NCBI GenBank assembly: GCA_963842945.1
Contig: CAWJIM010000019.1
Span: 608,001 to 672,000, forward strand
Origin: an uncultured Gemmatimonadales bacterium
GTDB lineage: Bacteria; Gemmatimonadota; Gemmatimonadetes; Gemmatimonadales; GWC2-71-9
DNA length: 64,000 nt
Reading direction: 5' to 3'
Part shown: in pieces, positions 52,185 to 62,123 of the stretch
Numbering within the stretch: the stretch's first letter is position 1
How the letters are laid out: every line of letters starts with the position of its first letter
Position numbers and translations under genes: made by a program
The notes under the pieces: model-generated
The model's database searches: none
Told to the model about the DNA's origin: nothing
What the model saw: only the letters and a program-made list of their open reading frames with translations

Positions 52185-54419
52185 TCAATCGATGTCCGGC
52201 ACACCGCCCTCCTGCCGCGCCCCACCCAGTGAGGTCCGCACGATCAGCCGAAACATCCGCTCCGAGCCGGGAGTGAGGAAGCGCTCCACCGTCGGGCCCG
52301 CCGGATTGCCCTGATTGACGTTGTAGTTGCCGAAGCTGGCGTAGCGATTCTGCAAGACATTGGTCACCACGCCGCTGATCTCCCATCGGTCGAGCTCCAT
52401 CCCCACCCGCGCATCGGTCACCACGTAGTCGTCCAGCTTGCTGGTGACGTTGGCCTCGTCGCCGCGAAGCCATTGCTTTCCGGTGTACCGCGCGTCCGCT
52501 CCGACGTAGAGGTATCGGCCCACTCTCAGCGTCGCGCCGCCTTTGAGCAGGTGATCGGGCGACAGCGGAAACCGGTCGCCCGCCACGACCTGGTTGTCGC
52601 TCGGGAAGGGATTGAGCACCTCGCCCCCGTCCCCTTCCTCCAGCGAGCGGATGCTGAAGATGTCCGCCGGACTCTCGAACGTGGCCCGGGTATAGGCGTA
52701 GTTCAGGTAGGCGGAGTGCCCGCCCTTGAAGCGATAGGCGGCGCCGAGCTCCACCCCGACCCGTCGCGTCTTGTCGATGTTGACGAAGAAGCCGTCGATC
52801 GTGCCACCCTCCGGCTCCTCCTCCCCGAACGGGGTCAGGAAGATGTCGTCCCGCACGTCCATGTGATACACCGAGCCTTCGAGCGCGAGGTGCTCGGTGG
52901 CGTAGCTGAAGCCTGCCTCGAGAGTGGTCGCCTTCACCGGCTCGAGCGGCGGGTCGTCACCCAGCGCGAAAGGCAGCGGGCAGGGCGCCTCCGGGTCCGC
53001 GCACGCGTTCTCGATCACCGCCGGCGAGCGGAAGCTCTTCCCCCAGGAGGCGAATACCGACGCTCCGGGTCCCAGGGCGACGCTCACGCCGAGGCGAGGA
53101 TTCAGCCGGCTGTAGCGACCCACCGTGTCCGCCGAAGGGTCGAGCAGATTCTCGAAGGGGATGCGGACGTAGTCGTACCTCGCGCCGGCCGATAATGTGA
53201 CCGCCCCTCGCGTCAGATCAGCCATGAGAAAGGGCGCGATGTCCCAGATCGGGCTCCTCGCCTGGGTGGTCGACGACCGGTCGCCCCCGAACTTCACCGA
53301 GTCGGAGAAGATGTCGATCTTCACCTGGTTGATGCTGCCGTCCACGCCACCCCGCAGACTCAGCGCGAGATTCTCATCCAGCAGCGTGGCCCAGCGGTAG
53401 TCGGCGGTGTAGCCGAAGCTGCTGTTATAGGAGATGCCGAAGACGTCCGGATCCAGCGCCTGGTTGACGTTGAACCGCTCGGCACGGCTGCGGCGGAAAT
53501 ACACCGTCGCCGACCCGCGGCCGGTGCCGAGCTGGGTGTACCCCTGGAGCGAGCCCTGGTAGGACCAGAGGTCCTCGTAGTCGTTGGCGCTGAGGTTGGA
53601 GTCCGGGCTGGACTCGAAGATGGATTCCGGCAGCGAGCCCGCCGCGTGCACCAGGGAGTTGCCATACATTCCCTGGAACCGGATGCCACGGGTGTCATTC
53701 AGCTTGCCCAGGTTCACGAACCCGCTGTACTGCTCGGCCCCGGTCACGTCGCGCCAGCCGTCCTCCCGGTTGTAGTTCCCGCCTAGGTACCAGTCCACGC
53801 CGCCGCCGGTCAGACCGGAGACATTGGCCTCACCTCGGGCCGTGCCGAAGCTGCCGCCCGACAGCTCGACCGTGCCACTGGTGGGTCCGGTGCCCCGCGC
53901 GGTAACCAGATTGACCGCTCCACCCAGGGCGTTGCGGCCCAGCAGCGAGCCGTTGCCGGACAGTACCTCGATGCGCTGGATGTGGTCCATCGGGAGCAGA
54001 TCGAAGTTGACCTGCGAGGCCTCCGGCTCGTTCATCCGCACGCCGTCGAGGAACACCGCGACGCCCTGCGGCAGACCCACGACCGGCGAAGAGTAGAAGC
54101 CTCGCGAGGAGATGTTGAGCTTGTAGGGGCTTCCCAGGTCATCGTAGGTGGAGAAGCCCGCAACCTGCCGCATCGCGTCGGACAGCACCCGCGGCTCATA
54201 GGCGTCGACGTCCTCCGCTCCAAGCGTCGTCACCCGAGCCGGCACGCCGGATCCGACGGTGGGGCCGGCGTCCGGCCGAATCGTTCCGACGACCTCGATC
54301 GGAGGCAGCGCGAAGGCGCCGGTGTCCGCCGCGGCCGTGTCGGGCACCTGGGCGTGCGCGGCCCCGACGCCGAACAGTCCGGCAGTCACGAGCAGGCTCG
54401 CGAGCTTCATGCGGGTCAT
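52185..54419 (-). CDS. TonB-dependent receptor
   Basis: Signal peptide, TonB box (PIEVVG), plug (IQRIEVLSG..GRNALGGAVNLVT), barrel ending TNVLQNRY..PGSER. Confidence 0.92.
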   Translation of the reverse strand: MTRMKLASLLVTAGLFGVGAAHAQVPDTAAADTGAFALPPIEVVGTIRPDAGPTVGSGVPARVTTLGAEDVDAYEPRVLSDAMRQVAGFSTYDDLGSPYKLNISSRGFYSSPVVGLPQGVAVFLDGVRMNEPEASQVNFDLLPMDHIQRIEVLSGNGSLLGRNALGGAVNLVTARGTGPTSGTVELSGGSFGTARGEANVSGLTGGGVDWYLGGNYNREDGWRDVTGAEQYSGFVNLGKLNDTRGIRFQGMYGNSLVHAAGSLPESIFESSPDSNLSANDYEDLWSYQGSLQGYTQLGTGRGSATVYFRRSRAERFNVNQALDPDVFGISYNSSFGYTADYRWATLLDENLALSLRGGVDGSINQVKIDIFSDSVKFGGDRSSTTQARSPIWDIAPFLMADLTRGAVTLSAGARYDYVRIPFENLLDPSADTVGRYSRLNPRLGVSVALGPGASVFASWGKSFRSPAVIENACADPEAPCPLPFALGDDPPLEPVKATTLEAGFSYATEHLALEGSVYHMDVRDDIFLTPFGEEEPEGGTIDGFFVNIDKTRRVGVELGAAYRFKGGHSAYLNYAYTRATFESPADIFSIRSLEEGDGGEVLNPFPSDNQVVAGDRFPLSPDHLLKGGATLRVGRYLYVGADARYTGKQWLRGDEANVTSKLDDYVVTDARVGMELDRWEISGVVTNVLQNRYASFGNYNVNQGNPAGPTVERFLTPGSERMFRLIVRTSLGGARQEGGVPDID

Positions 54420-54436
54420 CGAGGTCAGATACGGGG

Positions 54437-55021
54437 CTAGCGGAGGGGAAAACCGGCCGAGCCGGCGGCGTCACCGGGCCGGCGCTCGTAGATCGCGGCC
54501 ATCACCACGCGGTCGGGCGGAACGCCGATGATAACCAGCCCGTCGTCGGCCGGCCCTCCGCCGTCGAAGTCGACGCAGCAGTGCTCGATGGTGACCAGTC
54601 CTCCGGTGGCAGCGCGATGCATGGCGGGGCTGGCCCCGCGGTCGAGCCGAACGAGATCGCTTTCGGTGAAGCTGCGCGAGCGGTCGATGTCCTCATAGAT
54701 GCGAAGGTGATGCACCCTGGCATCCCGCTCCGCGAGCACCAGCACGCCGTCATCGGCGTCCCCGCCGCCGTCGAGATCGTAGCAGCAGCGGTCCACCGTC
54801 ACCGAGCCCGTGGCACGCAGCAGGATCGCGCCCGCCGTTGCGGCGAGCAGAGCCGCCGTGACGGTGGCGAGGGCCTGCCGGCGTCGCCGAGGGGGGCCTG
54901 CCCCGGCGGGGGGCTCGCCTCGACGCACGCGGCCGAGGATCTCGGGGCCGAGCGACGCGCGCGGGGCAAAGGCGATGCCCCGAAGCCTCCGATCCAGCTC
55001 CCGAAGCTCCGGCTCGCTCAT
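54437..55021 (-). CDS. Putative membrane anti-sigma factor with a duplicated CCxDxDGGGxADDG motif
   Basis: ATGA overlap with the ECF gene, short N-terminal domain, one TM helix, internal repeat. Confidence 0.7.
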   Translation of the reverse strand: MSEPELRELDRRLRGIAFAPRASLGPEILGRVRRGEPPAGAGPPRRRRQALATVTAALLAATAGAILLRATGSVTVDRCCYDLDGGGDADDGVLVLAERDARVHHLRIYEDIDRSRSFTESDLVRLDRGASPAMHRAATGGLVTIEHCCVDFDGGGPADDGLVIIGVPPDRVVMAAIYERRPGDAAGSAGFPLR

Positions 55022-55579
55022 GGGGCCAGGACCTCTCGCAGCTTGCCGAGCGCTCGCCAGAGCCTGGTGCGTACGCTGCCTTCGCTGATCCGGAGGATCT
55101 GCGCCACCTCGGCGGTGTCGAGCCCGCTCCCGTACCGCAGGCCGATCAGCTCACGGTCGGCCTCGCCCAGCGTCGCGACGGCGTCGAGCAGCCGCCCGAC
55201 CTCTTCCTCGCGCAGGAGCCGCTCTTCCGGAGAAGGAGCCTCGTAGATCAGGTCGTGCATGGTGCCGAGGGCGACGTACTGCCGGAGCCGGGCGCGCCGG
55301 CGCCAATCGCCCAGGGCGTTCCGGGCTACCGTGAGAATCCAGGCCTTCGCAGTGCCGCGGGCCGGGATCGAAGCGGTCCGCCGCCCGCACCACCTTCAGG
55401 AAGGTCTCGGCGGTGAGATCCTCGGCGACGTCGGGGAGCGGGACGTGGAACCGGAAGTAGTTGTAGACCGCCGCCCCGTACGCTTCGTACCACTCGCGGC
55501 AGAGCGTCTCCGCGGCCTGTGCCGGCGCGGATCCGGAGGGGGCTGGCATGTCGGGAGCGGACACGAGTGGCAGGCTCAC
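55018..55579 (-). CDS. ECF sigma factor; frameshift near 55360
   Basis: AEDLTAETFLK, then KAWILTVARN and EVAQILRISEGSVRTRLWRAL. Confidence 0.9.
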
Positions 55580-55641
55580 GAGAAGGATTACGTACGAGGG
55601 GGCCGCGCGTCACGCGGGCTTGTTGCCTCTAACACCCGGCA

Positions 55642-55700
55642 TGTCACCCTGAACGAAGTGAAGGGGCCCATGCCGGCATGGCCCCCTTCGCGTCGCGCTC
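55642..55700. repeat. REP-like element, copy G (right end degenerate)
   Basis: TGTCACCCTGAACGAAGTGAAGGGGCC...GGCCCCCTTCGC. Confidence 0.85.
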
Positions 55701-55769
55701 CACCATCGGTCCCTCTCGGGTAGCTGGTTCCCAAGGGTGGCCGCCGGGAAGCCGGAGCGGTGAGCTATC

Positions 55770-56972
55770 TCACTGGATGGCGCTCAGCCCGGTGATGGCC
55801 TGACCCACGATGAGCGAGTGCATGTCGTGGGTGCCCTCGTAGGTGTAGACCGACTCGAGGTTCGCCATGTGCCGCATCGAGTGATACTCGGCCAGGATCC
55901 CGTTCGCGCCGAGCAGCCGCCGGGCCTCACGCGCGATGTCGCAGGCCATGTTCACGTTGTTCCGCTTGCACAGCGAGACCTGGTCCGGCGTCATGGTGCC
56001 GGCGTCCTTGAGCCGGCCGAGCTGGAGGGTCATGAACTGCGCCTTGGTGATCTCGGTCAGCATGTCCACCAGCCGCACCTGCTGGATCTGCGTCTGCGCG
56101 ATGGGCCGGTCGAACATCACCCGCTGCTGCGCGTAGCGGAGCGCCTCGTCGTAGCACGCCATCGCCGCCCCGATCGCTCCCCAGGCGATGCCGTAACGGG
56201 CCTGGGTCAGGCACATGAGCGGGCTCTTGAGACCGCCCGACTTGGGCAGGATCGCGTCCTTCGGCAGATGGACGTCCTGGAGATGGATCTCGCTGGTGTC
56301 GCTGGCGCGCAGCGAAAGCTTCCCCTTCTGGTCCTTGCCCGTATACCCCTTGGTATCGGTGGGAACGATGAAGCCGCGAATCGTACGGGGATCCTTGATG
56401 TCGCCCGTCTTGGCCCAGATGACCGACACCGTGGCCTGGGAGCCGTTGGTGATCCACATCTTGGTGCCGTTGAGCACCCAGCCGTCCTTGGTCTCCCGCG
56501 CGGTGGTGATCATGCCGCCGGGGTTGGACCCGTAGTCCGGCTCGGTCAGCCCGAAGCAGCCGATCTCCTGCCCCGACGCCAGCAGCGGCAGCCACTTCTT
56601 CTTCTGCTCGTCGGACCCGAAGGCGTAGATCGGGTACATCACCAGCGCGCCCTGCACCGAGGCGAAGGAGCGGATCCCCGAGTCGCCCCGCTCCAGCTCC
56701 TGCATGATGAGGCCGTACGCCACGTTGTTGAGCCCGGCGCAGCCGTACTCCTCCGGCAGGTTGGCCCCGAAGAGCCCCAGCTCGGCCATGCCGGCGATCA
56801 GCTGCTTCGGGAAACGCCCCTCGATGTAGGCCTCGCCGATGACCGGGATGAGGTTCTCGTCCACCCAGGTGCGGACAGTGTCGCGGACCGCGCGCTCCTC
56901 CTCGGAGAGGAGGGTGTCGAAGTTCAGGAAATCGACCCCGGCGAACTGGGACGTGGGGGCGGCGGTGGCCAT
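55770..56972 (-). CDS. Acyl-CoA dehydrogenase (glutaryl-CoA dehydrogenase-like)
   Basis: FGLTEPDYGS, KMWITNG and TYEGTHD motifs. Confidence 0.92.
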   Translation of the reverse strand: MATAAPTSQFAGVDFLNFDTLLSEEERAVRDTVRTWVDENLIPVIGEAYIEGRFPKQLIAGMAELGLFGANLPEEYGCAGLNNVAYGLIMQELERGDSGIRSFASVQGALVMYPIYAFGSDEQKKKWLPLLASGQEIGCFGLTEPDYGSNPGGMITTARETKDGWVLNGTKMWITNGSQATVSVIWAKTGDIKDPRTIRGFIVPTDTKGYTGKDQKGKLSLRASDTSEIHLQDVHLPKDAILPKSGGLKSPLMCLTQARYGIAWGAIGAAMACYDEALRYAQQRVMFDRPIAQTQIQQVRLVDMLTEITKAQFMTLQLGRLKDAGTMTPDQVSLCKRNNVNMACDIAREARRLLGANGILAEYHSMRHMANLESVYTYEGTHDMHSLIVGQAITGLSAIQ

Positions 56973-57042
56973 AAGCTCCTCGGGCATGGTCGGTTGGTTG
57001 GCAGGGGGTAAGATAGCCCGCCCGCCGACCCCGCGGCAGCAC

Positions 57043-57058
57043 TGGTTTGGATCTTGCT
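57043..57058 (+). promoter_or_regulatory. Putative sigma54 -24/-12 promoter
   Basis: TGGTTTGGATCTTGCT (GG-N10-GC, with TTGC). Confidence 0.5.
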
Positions 57059-57210
57059 TCCGCGCCCCTTGCGCGGGGCCTCCGGGCACCAGAGACCTTA
57101 GCTCAGCCCAGCCCGAGCCGATCAGCCGCCCTGACGCTGTAACCTCTTCCGCTGGAGGTGGGTACGCCCCTCGGCACCGGGACCGCACTCGACCGTAGGA
57201 CCCGAGTGCG

Positions 57211-58369
57211 GTGAGGATTCTCCTGCTTGCCCCCCAGCCCTTTTTTCAGGCCCGCGGCACGCCCATCGCCGTGAGGCTGGTCCTGGAGTTCCTCACCGGT
57301 CGCGGACACCAGGTCGACGTGCTCACCTACCACGAGGGGAGCGACGTCGAGATCCCCAATTGCCGTATCGCGCGAATCCCGCGCATCCCTGGGGTACGGA
57401 ATATCCGGCCGGGCTTCTCCCTCAAGAAAGTGCTGTGCGATGCGGTGATGCTCGCGAGTTGCGCCCGCATGATGCGCCGGACCCGGTACGACCTGGTGCA
57501 CGCGGTGGAGGAGTCGGCCTTCATCGCCGCCGCGCTCCAGCCCTTCACCGGCGTTCCCTACGTCTACGACATGGACTCCTCGCTGGCCGAGCAGATGATC
57601 GATGCCTACCCGGCCTTGGGGCCGGTGGGGCCGATCCTGCGCTGGTGCGAGGCGGTGGCGGTGCGGCGGAGCGCCGGCGTCCTGACCGTGTGCGCCGCGC
57701 TGCAGGACATCGCGCAGGGCCACGCGCCGAGCACGCCGGTCGGACGGGTGGAGGACACGACGCTCCTCGCCCCCGGCAACGGTGCCGAAGGGCCGAAGCA
57801 CCTGCCTCCCGAGACGGCGGGTGCCCCGGTCGCCATGTACGTGGGGAACCTGGAGCGCTACCAGGGCATCGACCTGCTCCTCGAGGGCTTCCGCCACACC
57901 CTGAGCCAGATGGAGGAGGCCAGGCTGGTGATCGTGGGCGGGGCGAAGGACGACATCGAGCGCTACGGCCGCCGGGCTTCCGCGCTCGGCATCGGTCAGG
58001 CGGTCCACTTCCTGGGACCGAAGCCGGTGTCCGAGCTGGCCGATCTGCTTCGCGAGGCGGACGTGCTGGTCTCGCCTCGCCTCAAGGGCACCAATACGCC
58101 GATGAAGATCTACTCCTACCTGGACTCCGGCACCGCCGTCCTCGCGACTCGACTGCGCACCCACACCCAGGTGCTCGACGATCGCACCGCCTATCTGGTG
58201 GATCCCGAGCCGATCGCCCTCGGCGCCGGCCTCGCCAAGCTGCTGAAGGACGACTCCCTGCGCCAGGGACTCGCCGCCCGCGCGAAGGACCACGTGCGCC
58301 GCGAGTTCACTCCCGAGGCCGCGGCGACGCAAGCTGGCGGCCTTCTACTCCACCATCGAGTCGCGTTGA
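57211..58369 (+). CDS. Family 4 glycosyltransferase; probable frameshift near 58328
   Basis: YVGNLERYQGIDLL, ADVLVSPR and PMKIYSYL; alternative frame ends KLAAFYSTIESR*. Confidence 0.88.
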
Positions 58370-58416
58370 CCGCGCTGTCATCATTCACGCACCCAACGCA
58401 TTGATTGGAGCTATTC

Positions 58417-60231
58417 GTGGGAGCTGTCTACGGCATCTTGGGTGGGGCGGACCGCGGCGAGCTGCGCGCCATAGGAGCGAGGCTCGAGCATCGCGGGGCG
58501 GAGTCGGCGGAGTGGTCTCCGGCCGAGGGCGTGTGGCTCGGCGTCCGCGGCTCGGTGGCCGTGGTGGGGCGCCAGCGCGACGGTGCGGTCGTGTTCGACG
58601 GCTCGATCGACAATCGAAGGGAGCTCGCCCGCGTCCTGGGCCGGGCCTCGGGAACTGGGGAGCCCGCGCGGGACGGCGTGCTCGCGGGAGAGCTCTGGGA
58701 GGCCTCGGTGAGGAGGGGCTGGCGCGGATCGCGGGCCAGTTCGCCCTCGCCCTGTGGGACTCGCGCAATCGCCGCGTGGTCCTCGCCCGCGACCGGGTGG
58801 GATATGCCCCGCTCTACTTCGCGCTGGATGGCGACGGCTGATCTTCGCGAGCGAGTACAAGGCATTGCTTGCCATTCCGTCCATTCCCGCCGTCGCCAAC
58901 CGCGCCGCCCTCCAGGCGATCCACAACACCAAGTGGGTCCTGCCCGGATTCACCTGCATCCAGGGCGTGCATCCCGTGGCGCCGGGCACGCTGGTGGAGG
59001 TGCAGGAGGGACGCGCGGGGAGCCGCCGCTTCTGGGACATCCCGGTCCGCGCCGCGGACCGGGACGAGGCGGGACATGCCGCGCGCCTGCGGGAGAGCTT
59101 CCTGGAGACCCTCCGGATGCAGGCGGAGCCGTACGAGCGGATCGGTGTCTCGCTGAGCGGAGGCCTCGACTCGGCGGTGGTCGCAGCGGGCGCGCGGCGC
59201 GATCGCCGGCGATCGGGAGGTCCACACCTTCTCGGCGGGCTACGGTGAGGACGATCGCGAGCTGGTGAACGCGGCGATCGTGGCGCGCGAGCTGGGCACG
59301 GTCCACCATCCCGTGGTGCTCGACCCCGACGATCTGCCGGGCCTGCTGCCCTGGATGGTCTGGCACCTGGAGGAGCCGATCGGCCGCGAGGACATCGCCT
59401 ACCTCTTCGTCGCGGCGCGGGAGGCGTCGCGCTACGTCGATCTGATCGTCACCGGCTTCGGCTTCGACGGCCTCTTCGCCGGACTGCCAGGCACCGGCTG
59501 GTGGACCTGGGCGTGAAGTACCCCGTGTTCCGGCGCCCGCTCGAGGAGTTCTTCGACTATACCTATCGGAGCGTGGAGCCCCGGACGCTGGCCGGGTCGC
59601 GCGCTGAAGAAGGCGTACTTCCGGGGACGCGAGTTCCCCGCCCCGCAGCTGCTCGGCACGCCACCCCTCGCGCCGTTCCCCGGCTTCCCCCGCGGCGGCG
59701 ATCAGCCGCTCACCAACTTCCTCCGACGCGGGCTTTCTCACCCTGCCCTATCAGCACGCGGTCGAGCGACTCTACGCCGGTGTCGGGATGCGGATGAACG
59801 CGCAGCATACCAATCCCGACTTCCTCGCGGCGGCCTTCTCGATTCCGGACAGCCTCAAGATCCACGGGCGGACGCAGAAGTACATCCTCCGCCGGGCCTG
59901 CGAAGGTCTGCTGTCGCCGTCGATCCTGGCCACCGGGAAGAGCTTCAATCGGCTCAAGCACGACACCCGGATGTCCGAGCTGCTCGACTCGCTGGCGGAC
60001 GATCTGCTCTCCCGGCCGGTGCTGGCCTCACGCGGACTGTTCGACCCGCGCTACGTGGCCAGCTTCGGCGTCGGCCTGCGGGCCTGCCGTACAGCCAGGA
60101 GCGGGCCTACCGCCTCTGGTCCCTGCTCCTCACCGAGATCTGGTCCCGTCACTTCATCGACCGGCGCGGGGCGGCGCCGACGAACCCGCTGCCGCCGGTG
60201 CGCCGGCTCACCCGGAAAGCGCGGCGGCCTG
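58417..60231 (+). CDS. Asparagine synthetase-like protein; many frameshifts, 3' end approximate
   Basis: GQFALALWD, ARDRVGYAPLY, FASEYKA, SLSGGLDS, HLEEP and KYILRRA spread over several frames. Confidence 0.82.
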
Positions 60232-60293
60232 AAGCCAGAGGGGCCGCGCGGCGATCGTCGCGCGGCCCTTGCGGAGGCGTGTCGGGGAGTGGG

Positions 60294-61320
60294 TTACGCC
60301 GGCGAGACCTGCGCCAGATCGCTGGCCTGCTCGATCTGCAGGTAGCCCTGCTCGCGGTACCACCGGCCGGTGCGCCGCAGTCCTTCGTCCAGGTCGACGC
60401 GCGGCGCGTAGCCCAGCTCCCGCTTGGCCCTGGTGATGTCGAACGCGCGGTTCTGCCGGTACCAGTCCACCCGCCGCGGGAAGATGGGCGGCGTGATCCC
60501 GAACGGCTTGCACGCCTTCTCCACCACGTGCCCGACGGCCACCACCGGCCAGACGGGATAGTGCGGGATGCGCAGAGGCACGTCGAGCGCGCGACCGACC
60601 GCCTTCACGATCTCCTCGATCGGATAGTAGTGCTCATCGGCGATGAGATACTCCCGACCGTTGCCGACGCCCGGGCGCCAGGCAGAGCATGAACGCGTCC
60701 ACCAGGTTGTCGATGTAGAGCGGGTGGTAGAGCGTCTTGCCGCTGCCGAACATCGGGAAGGTGCCGCGGGCGACGCGCTTGAAGATCATGAAGAACCGCT
60801 CCGGATCGCCCGGGCCGTAGATCGCCGCCGGCCGGAGGATCACCATCTCCATCTTGCCCGCCGTCAGCTGCTTCACCAGCGGCTCGGCCTCGTACTTGGT
60901 GCGCTGGTAGTAGTCCGCCGGCTGGATCGGCGCGTCCTCGTTGGCCGGGGGATGATCCACGTTCCCGTGGACTCCGCACGTGCTGCAGTACACGAACTTC
61001 CACACGCCGGCCCGAATGGCTTCCTCGGCCACGATCCGGGTGCCGTTGACGTTGACGTCGTCGTAGAACGAGTTGGGGACGTTGAGCTCGCGGAAGGCAG
61101 CCGCGAGATGAAAGACGTACTCGACGCCCTTCATGCTTCGCTGCACCGCGGCACGGTCGGTGACCGACCCCAGGACCACCTCGGCGCCCATGGCGCGGAG
61201 GCTGTCGCACTGAAGGCCGTCCTTGTAGTCCAGGGCCACGACCTGGTGACCCGCGCCGATGAGGCGTCGAACCAGTGCCGTACCGGTGAACCCTGTCCCG
61301 CCCGTGACCAGGACCCGCAT
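60294..61320 (-). CDS. NAD-dependent epimerase/dehydratase; frameshift near 60670
   Basis: VTGGTGFTG, HLAA, YQRTK and IYGPGD motifs. Confidence 0.9.
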
Positions 61321-61366
61321 GCTGACTCCTTGGATGGCTGTTCGAACGCCGGATCCGACGACCGCT

Positions 61367-61382
61367 TACAAAAACCATGCCC
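61367..61382 (-). promoter_or_regulatory. Putative sigma54 -24/-12 promoter
   Basis: GGGCATGGTTTTTGTA on the minus strand. Confidence 0.45.
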
Positions 61383-61468
61383 CTGCGGCACTTCCGACAC
61401 AGGCCAGTGCTGCTTGAGGTTGCTTCCAGCCGGTAGGATCCAGGCCTGCAGAGTGTCGCGTCGGCGCG

Positions 61469-61897
61469 TCAGGCTGCCTCGGTCCCGTCGCGCCCGCGCA
61501 CGATGCGAAAGAGAAGGGGATCCGCGTGGTGCGCCGTCCCCCGTACACCCACCGTCAGAATATGTCCGGAGCCGACCTCCCACCAAAGGGCGACGGGCTC
61601 CGGCCCGGTGGCCCGTGCCCAACCCCTCGGCCATGCCCCTTCCATGGCGAGCCTCGCCTCGGCAACCGGCGTCGCGCCGCCTGTTGCCTTGCACACCGAC
61701 TCCTTGCAGCTCAACACCGTGACCATCGCCAGCCGAAACGAGGGTTGGGACCCACACCAGACCCGCTCCGCCGGTGAGAGCCAGCGGCGAGCCGCTCGCT
61801 CCACCGCGTCCGGCGCCAGATGCTCGAACGTGTTGGGGTCGGCGAGGTCGATCCCCACCCCGCCGGCGCTAGGCGACCGAGCCGCGCCGCCGTCCAA
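61469..61897 (-). CDS. 4'-phosphopantetheinyl transferase
   Basis: VGIDL, LSPAE and SCKESVCKA motifs; adjacent to an ACP. Confidence 0.78.
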   Translation of the reverse strand: MDGGAARSPSAGGVGIDLADPNTFEHLAPDAVERAARRWLSPAERVWCGSQPSFRLAMVTVLSCKESVCKATGGATPVAEARLAMEGAWPRGWARATGPEPVALWWEVGSGHILTVGVRGTAHHADPLLFRIVRGRDGTEAA

Positions 61898-62123
61898 GGG
61901 CGTCCAGGATGGCCGTGAATGAGGTGAGTCCCTTCACCTCGGTGCTGGAGAAGACCACGCCGAACTCGCTTTCGAGCTGCGAAATGAGCATGAGGTGGTT
62001 GAGTGAGGTCCAGGCGCTCGAGGTCTCCGGGGAGAGCTCCGGGCCGATCTCGCCGGGCGGCAGATCCAGCACCTGCGCCATCACCTCGCGGACCCGCACC
62101 GCTACCTGCGACTGGTCGGTCAT
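61869..62123 (-). CDS. Acyl carrier protein
   Basis: WTSLNHLMLISQLESEFGV. Confidence 0.85.
   Translation of the reverse strand: MTDQSQVAVRVREVMAQVLDLPPGEIGPELSPETSSAWTSLNHLMLISQLESEFGVVFSSTEVKGLTSFTAILDALGRRRGSVA

Noticed and set aside
58417..60231. Lasso peptide cyclase
   Set aside because: No precursor, B protein or RRE nearby; neighbours are glycan genes.
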